NCBI GenBank assembly: GCA_963798485.1 | Contig: CAWCTR010000004.1 | Coordinates: forward strand, 96,001 to 160,000 | Length of the DNA: 64,000 nucleotides | Direction of reading: 5' to 3' | Source of the DNA: an uncultured delta proteobacterium | GTDB taxonomy: Bacteria; Desulfobacterota; Desulfomonilia; UBA1062 | Part shown: one piece after another, positions 19,968 to 29,486 of the stretch | How the letters are laid out: each line of letters starts with the position of its first letter | Position numbering within the stretch: position 1 is the stretch's first letter | Position numbers and translations under genes: made by a program | The notes under the pieces: generated by a model | The model's database searches: none | Told to the model about the DNA's origin: nothing | Seen by the model: the letters and a program-made list of their open reading frames with translations, nothing else

Positions 19968-20759
19968 TTATATTTTCCTGCCCGGCAGGCTCATCGAAGC
20001 GGTAATCCCGCCGTCTACCGGAAAAACCTGTCCCGTGATGTAGCTTGCCTCGTCGCTTGAAAGGAAGAGTATGGCCCAGGCAACCTCTTTCGGCACCGCG
20101 GCGCGTCTGAGCTCGGAATACTTGCCCACCTGCCCCTCCTTGCCCGCACTCCTGGCGTAATCGAAAAAGGGCTGGGTCATGCCGGTCTCGATAAGGCCCG
20201 GGCACACGGCGTTGATGCGTACATTGCAGTCGCCCACCTCGCATGCCGAGGTCTGTGTGAAGTTGATCAGCGCCGCCTTGGATGCGCTGTAGGAATTGCC
20301 GCCCGCCCCTGAGCGGATGCCTGCCACCGAGGCGATATTGATGATTGAGCCCTTACGCCTTCCTTTCATGTGAGCTATGATATGCTTTGTGGCAAAGACA
20401 GCGCCCATGACGTTGACTGCGAATACCCTGTGCCAGTCTTCCGCGGTCTGGTTCTCCAGGGGGTCGAGGCTGCCCGGTATTCCTGCGTTATTCACCAGGA
20501 TATCGATAGAGCCGAACTTTTCTATGGCAAGGCCGATCAGGTCTTTGACTTCTTCCTCCGACGATACCTCGGTCTTTCTGATGGTTACCGGCCCACCTTC
20601 GGCAGCGATCTCATCACGCACCCGGATAAGCCGCTCTTCGTTCATATCCGCAAGAACCAGGCGTGCGCCTTCGTGGGCAAAGAGCAGGGCCGTGGCCCTG
20701 CCTATGCCGCTCGACGCGCCGGTTATGATCGCCGTTTTATTGCTGAGACGTCCTTCCAT
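19968..20759 (-). CDS. short-chain dehydrogenase/reductase
   Basis: TGASSGIG, NNAG, YSASK, PG.IET, VDGG. Confidence 0.94.
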   Translation of the reverse strand: MEGRLSNKTAIITGASSGIGRATALLFAHEGARLVLADMNEERLIRVRDEIAAEGGPVTIRKTEVSSEEEVKDLIGLAIEKFGSIDILVNNAGIPGSLDPLENQTAEDWHRVFAVNVMGAVFATKHIIAHMKGRRKGSIINIASVAGIRSGAGGNSYSASKAALINFTQTSACEVGDCNVRINAVCPGLIETGMTQPFFDYARSAGKEGQVGKYSELRRAAVPKEVAWAILFLSSDEASYITGQVFPVDGGITASMSLPGRKI

Positions 20760-20906
20760 ATGTTTCTCCCATAATATATACTCGCCTCCCGTCACGAAGA
20801 CCGGCCTTGTATTCCTCTACGGTTCGGATCGACATAGTGTTTCTTCCTTTGCCCTTTGTTTACGGAAAAGGTGCTGACCAAAGGGGCTGTCTTGGAAAAA
20901 GCCCAT

Positions 20907-20959
20907 CTATTAATCAATTAATAGTTTATATATTAACAATTAAACATCAAACTTGTCAA
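20907..20959 (-). promoter_or_regulatory. sigma70 promoter and palindromic operator for the SDR-crotonase operon (MarR candidate)
   Basis: Minus-strand TTGACA (20959-20954)-N18-TAATAT; perfect palindrome CTATTAAT-CA-ATTAATAG at 20907-20924. Confidence 0.6.
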
Positions 20960-21049
20960 CCACAATCCATTCAGTCCTGACACATTCACAATATGCCTGA
21001 TCATCTTGCGTTGTTTTCACCATAGAGATTCATTTGAAATACAATCTGC

Positions 21050-21165
21050 CCAATTGCAAAACTCGAAAAAAGCCGTCACCCCCGCGAAGGCAGGGGTCCA
21101 GAGATCCATGAAAAGACTGGATTCCCGCTTCCGCGGGAATGACGTTTCGGGAGTTTTGCAATTGG
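21050..21165. mobile_element. MITE-like element: 15-bp terminal inverted repeats enclosing a dRS3/NTS-like palindrome pair
   Basis: CCAATTGCAAAACTC / GAGTTTTGCAATTGG; internal GTCACCCCCGCGAAGGCAGGGGTCCA and TGGATTCCCGCTTCCGCGGGAATGAC. Confidence 0.75.
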
Positions 21166-21201
21166 CTCCTTCTTGATATTTTTAGAGAGAAAGGGGGGGA
21201 T

Positions 21202-21636
21202 CTAGACGGTCTTTTCAATGACATCCAGGATCTGGATGAGCTTTTTGATTTCTTTGCTTCCGACCAGTCCCTCGATCTTCTTGTTCAGCGTTTGGGCAAC
21301 AGGCAGCAACTTGATGGCCAGCTCACGCCCCTTGGGGGTGAGGTGGATCTTCATGGCCCTCCGATCTTCCTTGTCGACAAAACGTTCCACAAGGTCCTCA
21401 CGGATAAGACGATCCACAAACCCGGTGATAGCCGGACTGTCCACCTGTACCCGGTCTGCAATGTCTTTTACGGAAGTGCCGTCATTGTCCAGAAGGTCGA
21501 AGAGGATGAATGTCTGGCCCACGGTCAAACCGTATTTGGCATATTCTCTGTTGACATAGCGCCATATCCTGCGGGTCACGGCGCCGATGCGGAAACAATA
21601 GAATCCGTCAAGGATGTTCATCTTTTTCACGGTCAC
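21202..21636 (-). CDS. MarR family transcriptional regulator
   Basis: GLTVGQ...DIADR...ITGFVDRL...EDRR...LTPKG. Confidence 0.92.
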   Translation of the reverse strand: MTVKKMNILDGFYCFRIGAVTRRIWRYVNREYAKYGLTVGQTFILFDLLDNDGTSVKDIADRVQVDSPAITGFVDRLIREDLVERFVDKEDRRAMKIHLTPKGRELAIKLLPVAQTLNKKIEGLVGSKEIKKLIQILDVIEKTV

Positions 21637-21785
21637 TCTTCAATCGTGCAAGTGTCATTTAACTCTATGAAGCGGCTCTGAGTCGTATTTTTTGACGGAG
21701 CATTCATCGAATTAAAGCGATAGGAAATTACCTTCACCCGCACGTGCTGTCAATAGAAATATCTTGACATCCTAAAAATTCCCCC

Positions 21786-21836
21786 TTGCACTGCCTGGCA
21801 TTCAGGTATATATTGTCAGCTGGCCATACCACCAGC
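21786..21836 (+). promoter_or_regulatory. sigma70 promoter with FadR/GntR-type operator
   Basis: TTGCAC(21786)-N17-TATATT(21809); inverted repeat GCTGG-CCATACCA-CCAGC (21819-21836) near the presumed +1. Confidence 0.6.
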
Positions 21837-21855
21837 CATATATAATGGAGACCCC

Positions 21856-22596
21856 ATGAAAGATATCCTGAAGCCGCTTCATTCTGACAGCCTGGTAGAG
21901 GTGTTCATCTCGCGCTTCGAAGACCTCATCCTTACCGGCAAGATCGCCATAGGCCAGAGGCTGCCTTCAGAGCGTGAGCTGGCCCTGCAGCTGGGTGTCA
22001 GCAGGCCCGTGGTGCACGAGGGGCTTGTGGATCTGGCTGCCAAGGGCCTGGTCACCATGAAGCCTCGGGTAGGGACTTTTGTGAACGACTACCGGAAAGA
22101 GGGGTCGCTCAGCATCCTGAACTCCATCATCAACTACCAGCAGGGCTCGCTTGACGAGGACCTTCTGGAAAGCCTGCTGGCCACGAGACTCCTGGTGGAG
22201 ACAGAGAACACCCGGCTCGCCGCTGCCAAGCGCACCGAAGAACACCTAAGGGAGTTTCGCGTGATCCTTGAGGCGGAAGAGGCAACAGGGCCGAAAGATG
22301 TGAAAAATATCACCGCGCTTGACTTCCGCTTCCACCATACCATCGGAATGGCATCGGGCAATGTCATTTATCCGCTGCTCATCAACTCGTTCAAACCCGT
22401 GTACATGAATTTCACCGGCATATTTTTTTCAGAACCCGCCAATGTATTGGATACGATTCGGTTCCACCGCAAGCTCGTGGATGCCATCACGGAGAAGAAC
22501 GCTCCTCGGGCGGTAAATATTATGATCGAGACACTCCACCACGGCGAAATGCATTTGCGCACTATCCTCAACCAGCCCAAAAGGAGAAGGCCATGA
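21856..22596 (+). CDS. GntR/FadR family regulator
   Basis: GQRLPSERELALQLGVSRPVVHE wHTH; FCD domain DFRFH...ASGN; ATGA overlap with the next gene. Confidence 0.93.
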   Translation: MKDILKPLHSDSLVEVFISRFEDLILTGKIAIGQRLPSERELALQLGVSRPVVHEGLVDLAAKGLVTMKPRVGTFVNDYRKEGSLSILNSIINYQQGSLDEDLLESLLATRLLVETENTRLAAAKRTEEHLREFRVILEAEEATGPKDVKNITALDFRFHHTIGMASGNVIYPLLINSFKPVYMNFTGIFFSEPANVLDTIRFHRKLVDAITEKNAPRAVNIMIETLHHGEMHLRTILNQPKRRRP

Positions 22597-25109
22597 GTAC
22601 GTCGTCAGCACTCAAAGGCGTTGCTAAGATCAAGGAACCGAAAAACCTGTCTAACCGAATAACCTGGCTGCGGGATTATTACTATAAAGGCGTGGATCGC
22701 GCATGGAACAACGAGTTCACTGCCTGGACCACAGGAACGCCCTGGGATGTGCAGTTCGACGAGATGACCTTCTATATCGTGCCCGAGACCTACCCCTTTA
22801 TGCAGACCTTCCGCTCCTCAATGCAGCAGGCGGCAAGGCCGGTGAAATTGCATCCCGACTTCTGGAAGTGGAGCCTGGTCGAGCGTAAGGCCTGGTTCGT
22901 CAGGGAAGTGATGGTGAACTATGTGCCCCGGGAGATCTTGCCCGGCGACCTCATTGCCGGGGGCCGCTTCAACCTCCAGACGTCCAAGTGCTGGACAAAA
23001 CAGGAGGCAAGGCTTCGCGACAAGCTCATCTACGGCAAAAAGGGCGCGCGAGCATCCATGAAGTGGTTCCACGACCACGGCTATGGCAACTCGGGCGCCA
23101 CGAGCGGCCACCTCATCCCGGGCTATGAACGGGCCTTGAAGATCGGATGGAGGGGCATATACGAAGACCTTGAAGATCGCTACAATACCCTGCCCGGCAA
23201 GGATAGGGAGGGCAAGAAGGGCGCCCAGCTCAGGGCCATGATGACGGCCGCCACCACGGCGCGCGACCTGGCAGCCAAATATGCCGCGCTGTGCGAGGGT
23301 ATGGCCCTCGAAGAGAAGGAGCCAGTGAGGCAAGGCGAGCTGCAGCGCATGGCAGCAATCCTCAAGCGCGTTCCCTGGGAGCCCGCGGTCACCTTTTGGG
23401 AGGCCGTACAGGCCCTGTGGATCACACATATGCTCGTCATGAGCGATGAGAACTATCCCGGCCCAGGTGTTTCCTTCGGCCGCATCGACCAGTATCTGCT
23501 GCCCTACTGGCAGCGTTCCCTTGCAGGCGGCATGGAGAGGGAAATGGGCAAGGAGATCATGAAATGCCTCTGGGTGCACGCCAATACGGTGTACGACGCC
23601 ATGATCCGCGTGGGTGACAATGGTATCACCGCGGGCTACGGACAGCTCATCACGCTCGCAGGTGTTGGTGAAAACGGCAAGGATATGACCAATGACCTGA
23701 CTTACGCCATGCTGGAGGTCATCGACGAGATGACCCCCATGCTGGAGCCCAAGCCCAACGTGCGCCTTCATCGGGGGACGCCGGAGATGCTGCTGGACAA
23801 GGTGGTGGACATGATCGCGGTAAGTCAGGGCGCGCCCTTCCTGCTCAACTTCGACGAGCGGTCGATCGCAGGGATGCTGCGCGAGGCAAAGAAGGCCGGG
23901 GTGGAACACCTCATCAACGAGACCAACGTGCACGACTATGCACCCGTGGGCTGCCTGGAGAACACCATGCAGGGCAATGACCGCTCGGGCACGGTGGACA
24001 ACAACCTGAACCTCTTAAAGGCCGTGGAACTGGCGCTGAACGACGGGAAAGACTTCTTTGATTTTACTGACCCCATAACGGCCAAGAGGGAGAAGGTGAA
24101 ACAGGCAGGCCCGAAGACCGGCGATGCCGCAGCATTTGCCGACTGGGATGCGTTCTGGAAGGCCTATGCCGAACAGACGCAGTTCATTGTGCAAAAGTGT
24201 GTGGGGCTCTACGAACTCTCCGAATCCATCCGGGCCCGGTTCTGCCCCACGCCGTACCTCTCCTGCCTGGTGAAAGGGTGTGCGGAAAAGGGGCTCGACA
24301 TCACCCAAGGGGGTGCAGAGCTGGGCTTCACAACCCTTGAGGCCGTGACCTTTGCCACCACGGTGGACTCGCTGCTGGCCATCAAAAACCTGGTGTTCGA
24401 CAAAAAGGAATGCACCATGGCAGAGATGATCGCAGCACTCAAGGCCAACTGGGATGGCTTTGAGAAGCTACAGGCCAAGGCCAGGTTCAAGGCCCCGAAA
24501 TACGGACGCGACGACGATGAGGCCGATGCCATGGCTGTAAAGGTAATGGGGCTGTGGTGCGAGGAGACCTGGAAGTACAAAACCATCTCGACAAACCGCC
24601 GGTTCCGTCCGGGCATGCTGAGCTGGAACTACTGGGTTGGCGACGGCTTCATCCTGCCGGCAAGCCCGGACGGCAGGCCCAAGGGGAGGTTCCTTTCAAA
24701 TGCCATCTGCCCGGTGAGCGGGGCGGACATCAACGGCCCCACCGCCAATGTGAACTCCGTGGGCAAGGCCATGGGAGGCAAAGACCTGCAAGGCCCGGGG
24801 GACTATAGGGGATATTACAACTATCTGCCCAACGGTGCGAGCCACACCATCACCATCAACCCCTCGCTGCTGAAGAACCCGGAGCACCGCTCAAAGTTCA
24901 AGTCCTTTTTGAGGGGATACGTGGAAAAGGGGGGCAGTGCGCTGCAGATCAATATCCTTGACGCGGATATGCTTAAACACGCCCAGAAGAGGCCCGAAGA
25001 CTACCGTTCGCTCCTGGTAAGGATAACAGGGTACAACGCGTACTTCACGAGCATCGGAAGAGAGCTGCAGGATGAGGTCATCGCCCGCCTCAGCCATGAG
25101 TCACTGTAA
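22593..25109 (+). CDS. glycyl-radical enzyme 1 (PFL2/eliminase-like, function unknown)
   Basis: SFGRIDQYL, Cys loop VGCLE, ASPDGR, Gly-radical loop LLVRITGYNAYF. Confidence 0.92.
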   Translation: MSTSSALKGVAKIKEPKNLSNRITWLRDYYYKGVDRAWNNEFTAWTTGTPWDVQFDEMTFYIVPETYPFMQTFRSSMQQAARPVKLHPDFWKWSLVERKAWFVREVMVNYVPREILPGDLIAGGRFNLQTSKCWTKQEARLRDKLIYGKKGARASMKWFHDHGYGNSGATSGHLIPGYERALKIGWRGIYEDLEDRYNTLPGKDREGKKGAQLRAMMTAATTARDLAAKYAALCEGMALEEKEPVRQGELQRMAAILKRVPWEPAVTFWEAVQALWITHMLVMSDENYPGPGVSFGRIDQYLLPYWQRSLAGGMEREMGKEIMKCLWVHANTVYDAMIRVGDNGITAGYGQLITLAGVGENGKDMTNDLTYAMLEVIDEMTPMLEPKPNVRLHRGTPEMLLDKVVDMIAVSQGAPFLLNFDERSIAGMLREAKKAGVEHLINETNVHDYAPVGCLENTMQGNDRSGTVDNNLNLLKAVELALNDGKDFFDFTDPITAKREKVKQAGPKTGDAAAFADWDAFWKAYAEQTQFIVQKCVGLYELSESIRARFCPTPYLSCLVKGCAEKGLDITQGGAELGFTTLEAVTFATTVDSLLAIKNLVFDKKECTMAEMIAALKANWDGFEKLQAKARFKAPKYGRDDDEADAMAVKVMGLWCEETWKYKTISTNRRFRPGMLSWNYWVGDGFILPASPDGRPKGRFLSNAICPVSGADINGPTANVNSVGKAMGGKDLQGPGDYRGYYNYLPNGASHTITINPSLLKNPEHRSKFKSFLRGYVEKGGSALQINILDADMLKHAQKRPEDYRSLLVRITGYNAYFTSIGRELQDEVIARLSHESL

Positions 25110-25118
25110 AGGAAAGGC

Positions 25119-26123
25119 ATGACAAGCGCACAAAACAAACACCAGGGAACAATCCTGCGCATCCAGCGCATGTCCACCGAGGACGGGCCGGGCATCAGGA
25201 GCACGGTCTTCTTCAAGGGATGCCCGCTCTCATGCATATGGTGCCATAACCCGGAGGGCATCTCACGCGAGCCCCAGGTGCATTGGGTGAAGTCCAGGTG
25301 CATCGGCTGCAGAGGCTGCATAGAAGCCTGCCCAAAAGGGGCCCTTGCCATGGGGGACAGCGGCATAACCATTGACCGGTCGCGGTGCGACTCGTGCTCC
25401 GAGTGTGTTCAGGCCTGCCCATCCACGGCCATGGAGGCCTACGGCGAGGTCTTTTCCGCCCACGATCTGGTGCGTGAGGTCATCAAGGACAAGGTGTATT
25501 TCCAGAAGTCAGGCGGCGGGGTGACGCTGTCGGGAGGCGAACCCACCATGCAGCCGGTCTTTACCGGAGAGCTGCTTTCATCTTTCAAACAAAAAAGTGT
25601 CTATACCGCCCTTGACACCTGCGGGCAGTGTTCGTGGGAAACCCTTGAGGCCCTGCTTCCGCAGGTGGACCTGGTGCTGTACGACCTCAAAGAGCTCGAT
25701 CCGGGAAACCATAAGCGATTCACCGGCATCACCAACAAGAGGATACTGCAGAACCTCATAATGCTGGGGCGCCTTATGAAGGATCGCGGTATGCCAGGGG
25801 ATCTCTGGATACGCACACCCTTGATTCCGGGCTGCACGGCAACACCGGAAAATATCAAGGGCATCGGCGCCTTCATCAGGAAGCACTTACATTCGGTGGT
25901 AAGCAGGTGGGATCTGTGCACCTTCAATAACCTGTGCATCCACAAGTATGATGGGTTGGGGATGGACTGGCGCTTCAAAAGCTCTGTGCTCCTTGATGAG
26001 GACCAGGCACATCACTTGCTTACCCTTGCCGGGTCCTCGGGAGTCGATGCAGGGATTGTCCACCTGAGCGGGCCCATGAGAACAATCTATCCGGATATGA
26101 GTGCAGTTGGAGGAAAAATATGA
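25119..26123 (+). CDS. glycyl-radical enzyme activating enzyme (radical SAM with ferredoxin insert)
   Basis: DGPGIRSTVFFKGCPLSCIWCHNPE, CIGCRGCIEAC, CDSCSECVQAC, GGVTLSGGEP. Confidence 0.95.
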   Translation: MTSAQNKHQGTILRIQRMSTEDGPGIRSTVFFKGCPLSCIWCHNPEGISREPQVHWVKSRCIGCRGCIEACPKGALAMGDSGITIDRSRCDSCSECVQACPSTAMEAYGEVFSAHDLVREVIKDKVYFQKSGGGVTLSGGEPTMQPVFTGELLSSFKQKSVYTALDTCGQCSWETLEALLPQVDLVLYDLKELDPGNHKRFTGITNKRILQNLIMLGRLMKDRGMPGDLWIRTPLIPGCTATPENIKGIGAFIRKHLHSVVSRWDLCTFNNLCIHKYDGLGMDWRFKSSVLLDEDQAHHLLTLAGSSGVDAGIVHLSGPMRTIYPDMSAVGGKI

Positions 26124-26968
26124 AGAAGACCTATACGAGTTTTGATGCCCTCGATATGAAGCAGTTCGAGCCCGAGGCAAAGGTGGGCCTCATCGCCACA
26201 ATAAACCACGAAGGCCTGCCGCACGTCACCCTCATCACGGCCCTGCAGGCAAAGACGCCCGAGAAGCTCATCTGGGGCCAGTTCTCCGAAGGCATGAGCA
26301 AGGAGCACGTGAAGACCAATCCGAAGACAGGCTTTGCCATCATGACCATGGACAAGAGCCTGTGGCGCGGCAAGGCGCTCTACACCCACAGGGCCGCCAG
26401 CGGTGAAGACTACGAGATGTTCAACTTGAAGCCTATGTTCCGCTACAATGCCTACTTCGGCATTCACACCGTGCACTACATGGACCTCTTTGAGACCTAC
26501 GGAAAGGAATCCCTGCCCCTTGCCCGGATCGCCCTGGGCTCTGTCCTGGCCCTGGCGGGACGATCCGCCGCGAGGCAAGGGCATGAAGAACGCATCTTAA
26601 AGCCCTGGGCAGAGGGCCTGTTCAAGAGGCTCGACACCATCAAGTTCATCTCTTACGTAGGGGGTGACGGGTTCCCGGTGATCATCCCGCTCATCGGCTG
26701 CCAGGCAGCAGACAGCACCAGGCTCGCCTTTTCGCCGTCGGCCTACGGCGAGGAGCTCAAGGCGATAAGGCCGGGTGCAACCGTTGCCGTGTTCGGCCTT
26801 ACCATGGATATGGAAGACGTGCTGGTCAGGGGCACCTTCAGCGGGTTTGAGAGGCACCGGGGCATTACGCTCGGGTGTGTGGACATCACCTGGGTTTACA
26901 ACTCCATGCCGCCGAAACCCGGCCAGATCTACCCGGACTCAGAGCTTAAGCCTGTAGTGAATTTCTGA
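26120..26968 (+). CDS. pyridoxamine 5'-phosphate oxidase-like (split-barrel) protein with two internal repeats
   Basis: KVGLIATINHEGLPHVT...SKEHVKTNPK and a second repeat IKFISYVGGDGFPVIIP; ATGA-coupled to the activase. Confidence 0.7.
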   Translation: MKKTYTSFDALDMKQFEPEAKVGLIATINHEGLPHVTLITALQAKTPEKLIWGQFSEGMSKEHVKTNPKTGFAIMTMDKSLWRGKALYTHRAASGEDYEMFNLKPMFRYNAYFGIHTVHYMDLFETYGKESLPLARIALGSVLALAGRSAARQGHEERILKPWAEGLFKRLDTIKFISYVGGDGFPVIIPLIGCQAADSTRLAFSPSAYGEELKAIRPGATVAVFGLTMDMEDVLVRGTFSGFERHRGITLGCVDITWVYNSMPPKPGQIYPDSELKPVVNF

Positions 26969-26982
26969 TTGGAGGAACACGC

Positions 26983-29361
26983 ATGAAATCCCAAACAGCA
27001 CAACCCAGACCCGACGGCAGGTTAACCCCGCCCGAGCGCTTTACACGCATCAAGGATGCCCTGCTCTCTCAGAGAGTGCATCTCTGTACCGAGCGGGCCC
27101 TGCTCATCACGGAGTTTTTCAAGAAGCACGACAATAAGAAAGAGCCCATGGTGATCCGCAAGGCCAAGGCGCTGCGCTACCTGCTCCAGAAGAAGTCGGT
27201 GAAGATCTTCGATGATGAGCTCATCGTCGGCAATGTGGGCGGCTTTCGGAAATCGGTTATCATGCAGCCTGAGCTCTCCGGGGTCGTCATGAGCGAGGAG
27301 CTACTCTGGATGGGCTCCCGCAAGACAAACCCCTATCCCATTTCCTGGGCGGAGCGCCTGAAGCTCGTCTTTAAGGTCATCCCGTACTGGTACTTCAGAA
27401 ATATGAACGCACGGGCATTCAAGTGGTACAGCCCGAAGCTTATCCGTTTCGTATTGGCGCAGCTTACCGCCACCAACTACCTCATCAATGAGTCCGGCGG
27501 CATAGGCCACTTCCTGCCCGATTACGGTAACATGATAAGGCTCGGCATCAAAGGCTACATGGAAACCCTTGATGAGTCGAAGTTCGACCTCCATGCAGCA
27601 GCGCTCATCGCCTGCGAGGGCCTGGCAGACTATGCAAAAAGGCTCTCTGCAGAGGCATCCAGGCTCGCATCCAAAGAGGAATCGCCCACGAGAAGGCAAG
27701 AGCTCTTTGAGATTGCGCGCGTCTGCGACAAGGTGCCCCTGGAGCCTGCCAAGACCCTGCACGAAGCCCTGCAGGCCCTGTGGCTCACCCACATGGCCGT
27801 ATGCCTTGAAGGGATCAACTCCGCCGTCTCTTTTGGGAGGATAGACCAGTACCTTTACCCGTACTACAAGGCCGATATCGCCTCCGGCAGGCTCGATGCG
27901 GAGAAGGCCCGGGAGCTCCTTCTTTGCTTCTCTGCCAAGACCACCGAGCATATGTTCCTCCTTTCCAGCAGGGTCAGCGAGTATCACGGCGGATACCTGG
28001 TGGCCCAGGCCGCTACGGTAGGAGGCATGGACAGCCAGGGCAATGATGCGGTGAACGACCTCACATACCTGTTCCTCGATGTCATGGAACTGGCGGGTCT
28101 TCGCGACCCGAACTACATGGCAAGGATCCATGCATCTTCTCCCGAGGAATATGTGCGCCGGGCCGTGGAGGTGGCATGCAAGGGTAGCAATGTGCCGGGC
28201 CTGTTCAATGATGAGGCCACCATAGCATCGCTCACCTCCCACGGTTACGCCCTCGAAGATGCCCGCGACTATGGGGTCGTGGGCTGCGTGGAACCGACCA
28301 TCCCGTCAAAGAGCTTCTGCTCCACTGATGCCGCACTCTTCAACCTGCCCTTGTGCCTGGTCCTGGCCCTGAACAAGGGCATGCGGCCGGGCACCTGGTT
28401 CAGGGTGGGTGCTCCGACACCCGATCCGGCCACGTTCAAAACCATGGAGAACCTCATCGAAGCCTTCAAGGCCCAGGTGGAATTCATGGTGAGCCGACTG
28501 ATCAAGGACATCCGGATAATCGAGCGGGCCAATCGCGATTTTCACCCCACCCCGTTTTCCTCCATGTTGGTTACAGGCTGCCTGGAGAGCGGCCGCGACG
28601 TGACGTCAGGCGGCGCACAGTTCAACTCCAGCGGTATCCAGGGCGTGGGCGTGGCGGACGTAGCTGATTCCCTTGCCGCCATCTTTGAGGTGGTGTTCAC
28701 ACGCAAGTCTTACACCCTCTCAGAGGTGATCAAGGCCATGGGGGAAAGCTTTAAGGACAAGGGGAAACTCAGCGCAGCGCTGCTCTCGGCCCCGAAGTTC
28801 GGAAACGACAACGGCATGCCTGAGCGATACGCCGATCTTGTCGTGCATATCTTCCATGATGCCTTGATGAGGTATCGCAACACACGGGGAGGCCCCTATA
28901 TATCGGGGTTCTACTCCTCGACAACCCATGTGGGCTTCGGCAGGAGGACATCTGCCCTGCCGAGCGGCAGAAAGGCGGGAGAGCCTTTTGCGGCAAGCAT
29001 GGGGTGCTGCAACGGGCGCGACAGGAACGGCCCCACAGCCCTGCTCAACTCGGTGGCTGCGATTGATTCAAGGCTGTCGCCCAACGGCTATGCCCTGAAC
29101 ATGCGCTTCGATGTATCCTCATTGAAAGGTGAAAAGGCCCTGGACACCATGACCGCCCTTACCAAGGGCTTCTTTGCCCAGGGCGGTATGGAGGTGCAGC
29201 TCAATGTGCTCGATCCGTCGGTCCTGGCCGATGCCCGGTCGCACCCCGGCAAGTACCCCGGCATCGTGGTGAGGGTTGCCGGGTACTGCGCCTACTTCGA
29301 TGAGCTTCCGGACACCGTGAAGGACGAGATAATCAGCAGGACCAGGATGGAACTGGGGTAG
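26983..29361 (+). CDS. glycyl-radical enzyme 2 (PFL2/eliminase-like, function unknown)
   Basis: IFDDELIVG, SFGRIDQYL, Cys loop VGCVE, PKFGND, ALPSGR, Gly loop IVVRVAGYCAYF. Confidence 0.93.
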   Translation: MKSQTAQPRPDGRLTPPERFTRIKDALLSQRVHLCTERALLITEFFKKHDNKKEPMVIRKAKALRYLLQKKSVKIFDDELIVGNVGGFRKSVIMQPELSGVVMSEELLWMGSRKTNPYPISWAERLKLVFKVIPYWYFRNMNARAFKWYSPKLIRFVLAQLTATNYLINESGGIGHFLPDYGNMIRLGIKGYMETLDESKFDLHAAALIACEGLADYAKRLSAEASRLASKEESPTRRQELFEIARVCDKVPLEPAKTLHEALQALWLTHMAVCLEGINSAVSFGRIDQYLYPYYKADIASGRLDAEKARELLLCFSAKTTEHMFLLSSRVSEYHGGYLVAQAATVGGMDSQGNDAVNDLTYLFLDVMELAGLRDPNYMARIHASSPEEYVRRAVEVACKGSNVPGLFNDEATIASLTSHGYALEDARDYGVVGCVEPTIPSKSFCSTDAALFNLPLCLVLALNKGMRPGTWFRVGAPTPDPATFKTMENLIEAFKAQVEFMVSRLIKDIRIIERANRDFHPTPFSSMLVTGCLESGRDVTSGGAQFNSSGIQGVGVADVADSLAAIFEVVFTRKSYTLSEVIKAMGESFKDKGKLSAALLSAPKFGNDNGMPERYADLVVHIFHDALMRYRNTRGGPYISGFYSSTTHVGFGRRTSALPSGRKAGEPFAASMGCCNGRDRNGPTALLNSVAAIDSRLSPNGYALNMRFDVSSLKGEKALDTMTALTKGFFAQGGMEVQLNVLDPSVLADARSHPGKYPGIVVRVAGYCAYFDELPDTVKDEIISRTRMELG

Positions 29362-29486
29362 AAGACGAGTGGATGTACGAATATGCGTGAAAGGGTATTA
29401 TTGTAGGGTCATTTCGATCATCGCACAGCGGGAGTTGCTACGCTGGTATCCATGCAAGAAACTATGCTTAAGCTATGAGAGATAGG

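Noticed and set aside
22818-23933. Long antisense ORFs (e.g. 371 aa here, 313 aa at 27301-28242, 299 aa at 40875-41774, 271 aa at 17004-17819)
   Set aside because: Shadow frames of high-GC3 genes with clear family motifs on the opposite strand; no RBS or recognisable motifs.
22593-29361. Pyruvate formate-lyase, benzylsuccinate synthase or choline TMA-lyase assignment
   Set aside because: No adjacent Cys-Cys of PFL, no small bss-type subunits, no BMC/cut genes; a specific substrate cannot be supported by eye.
29450-29472. sigma54 promoter on the minus strand downstream of GRE2
   Set aside because: Reads AAGCATAGTTTCTTGC; it lacks the invariant -24 GG and has no downstream gene in that orientation.
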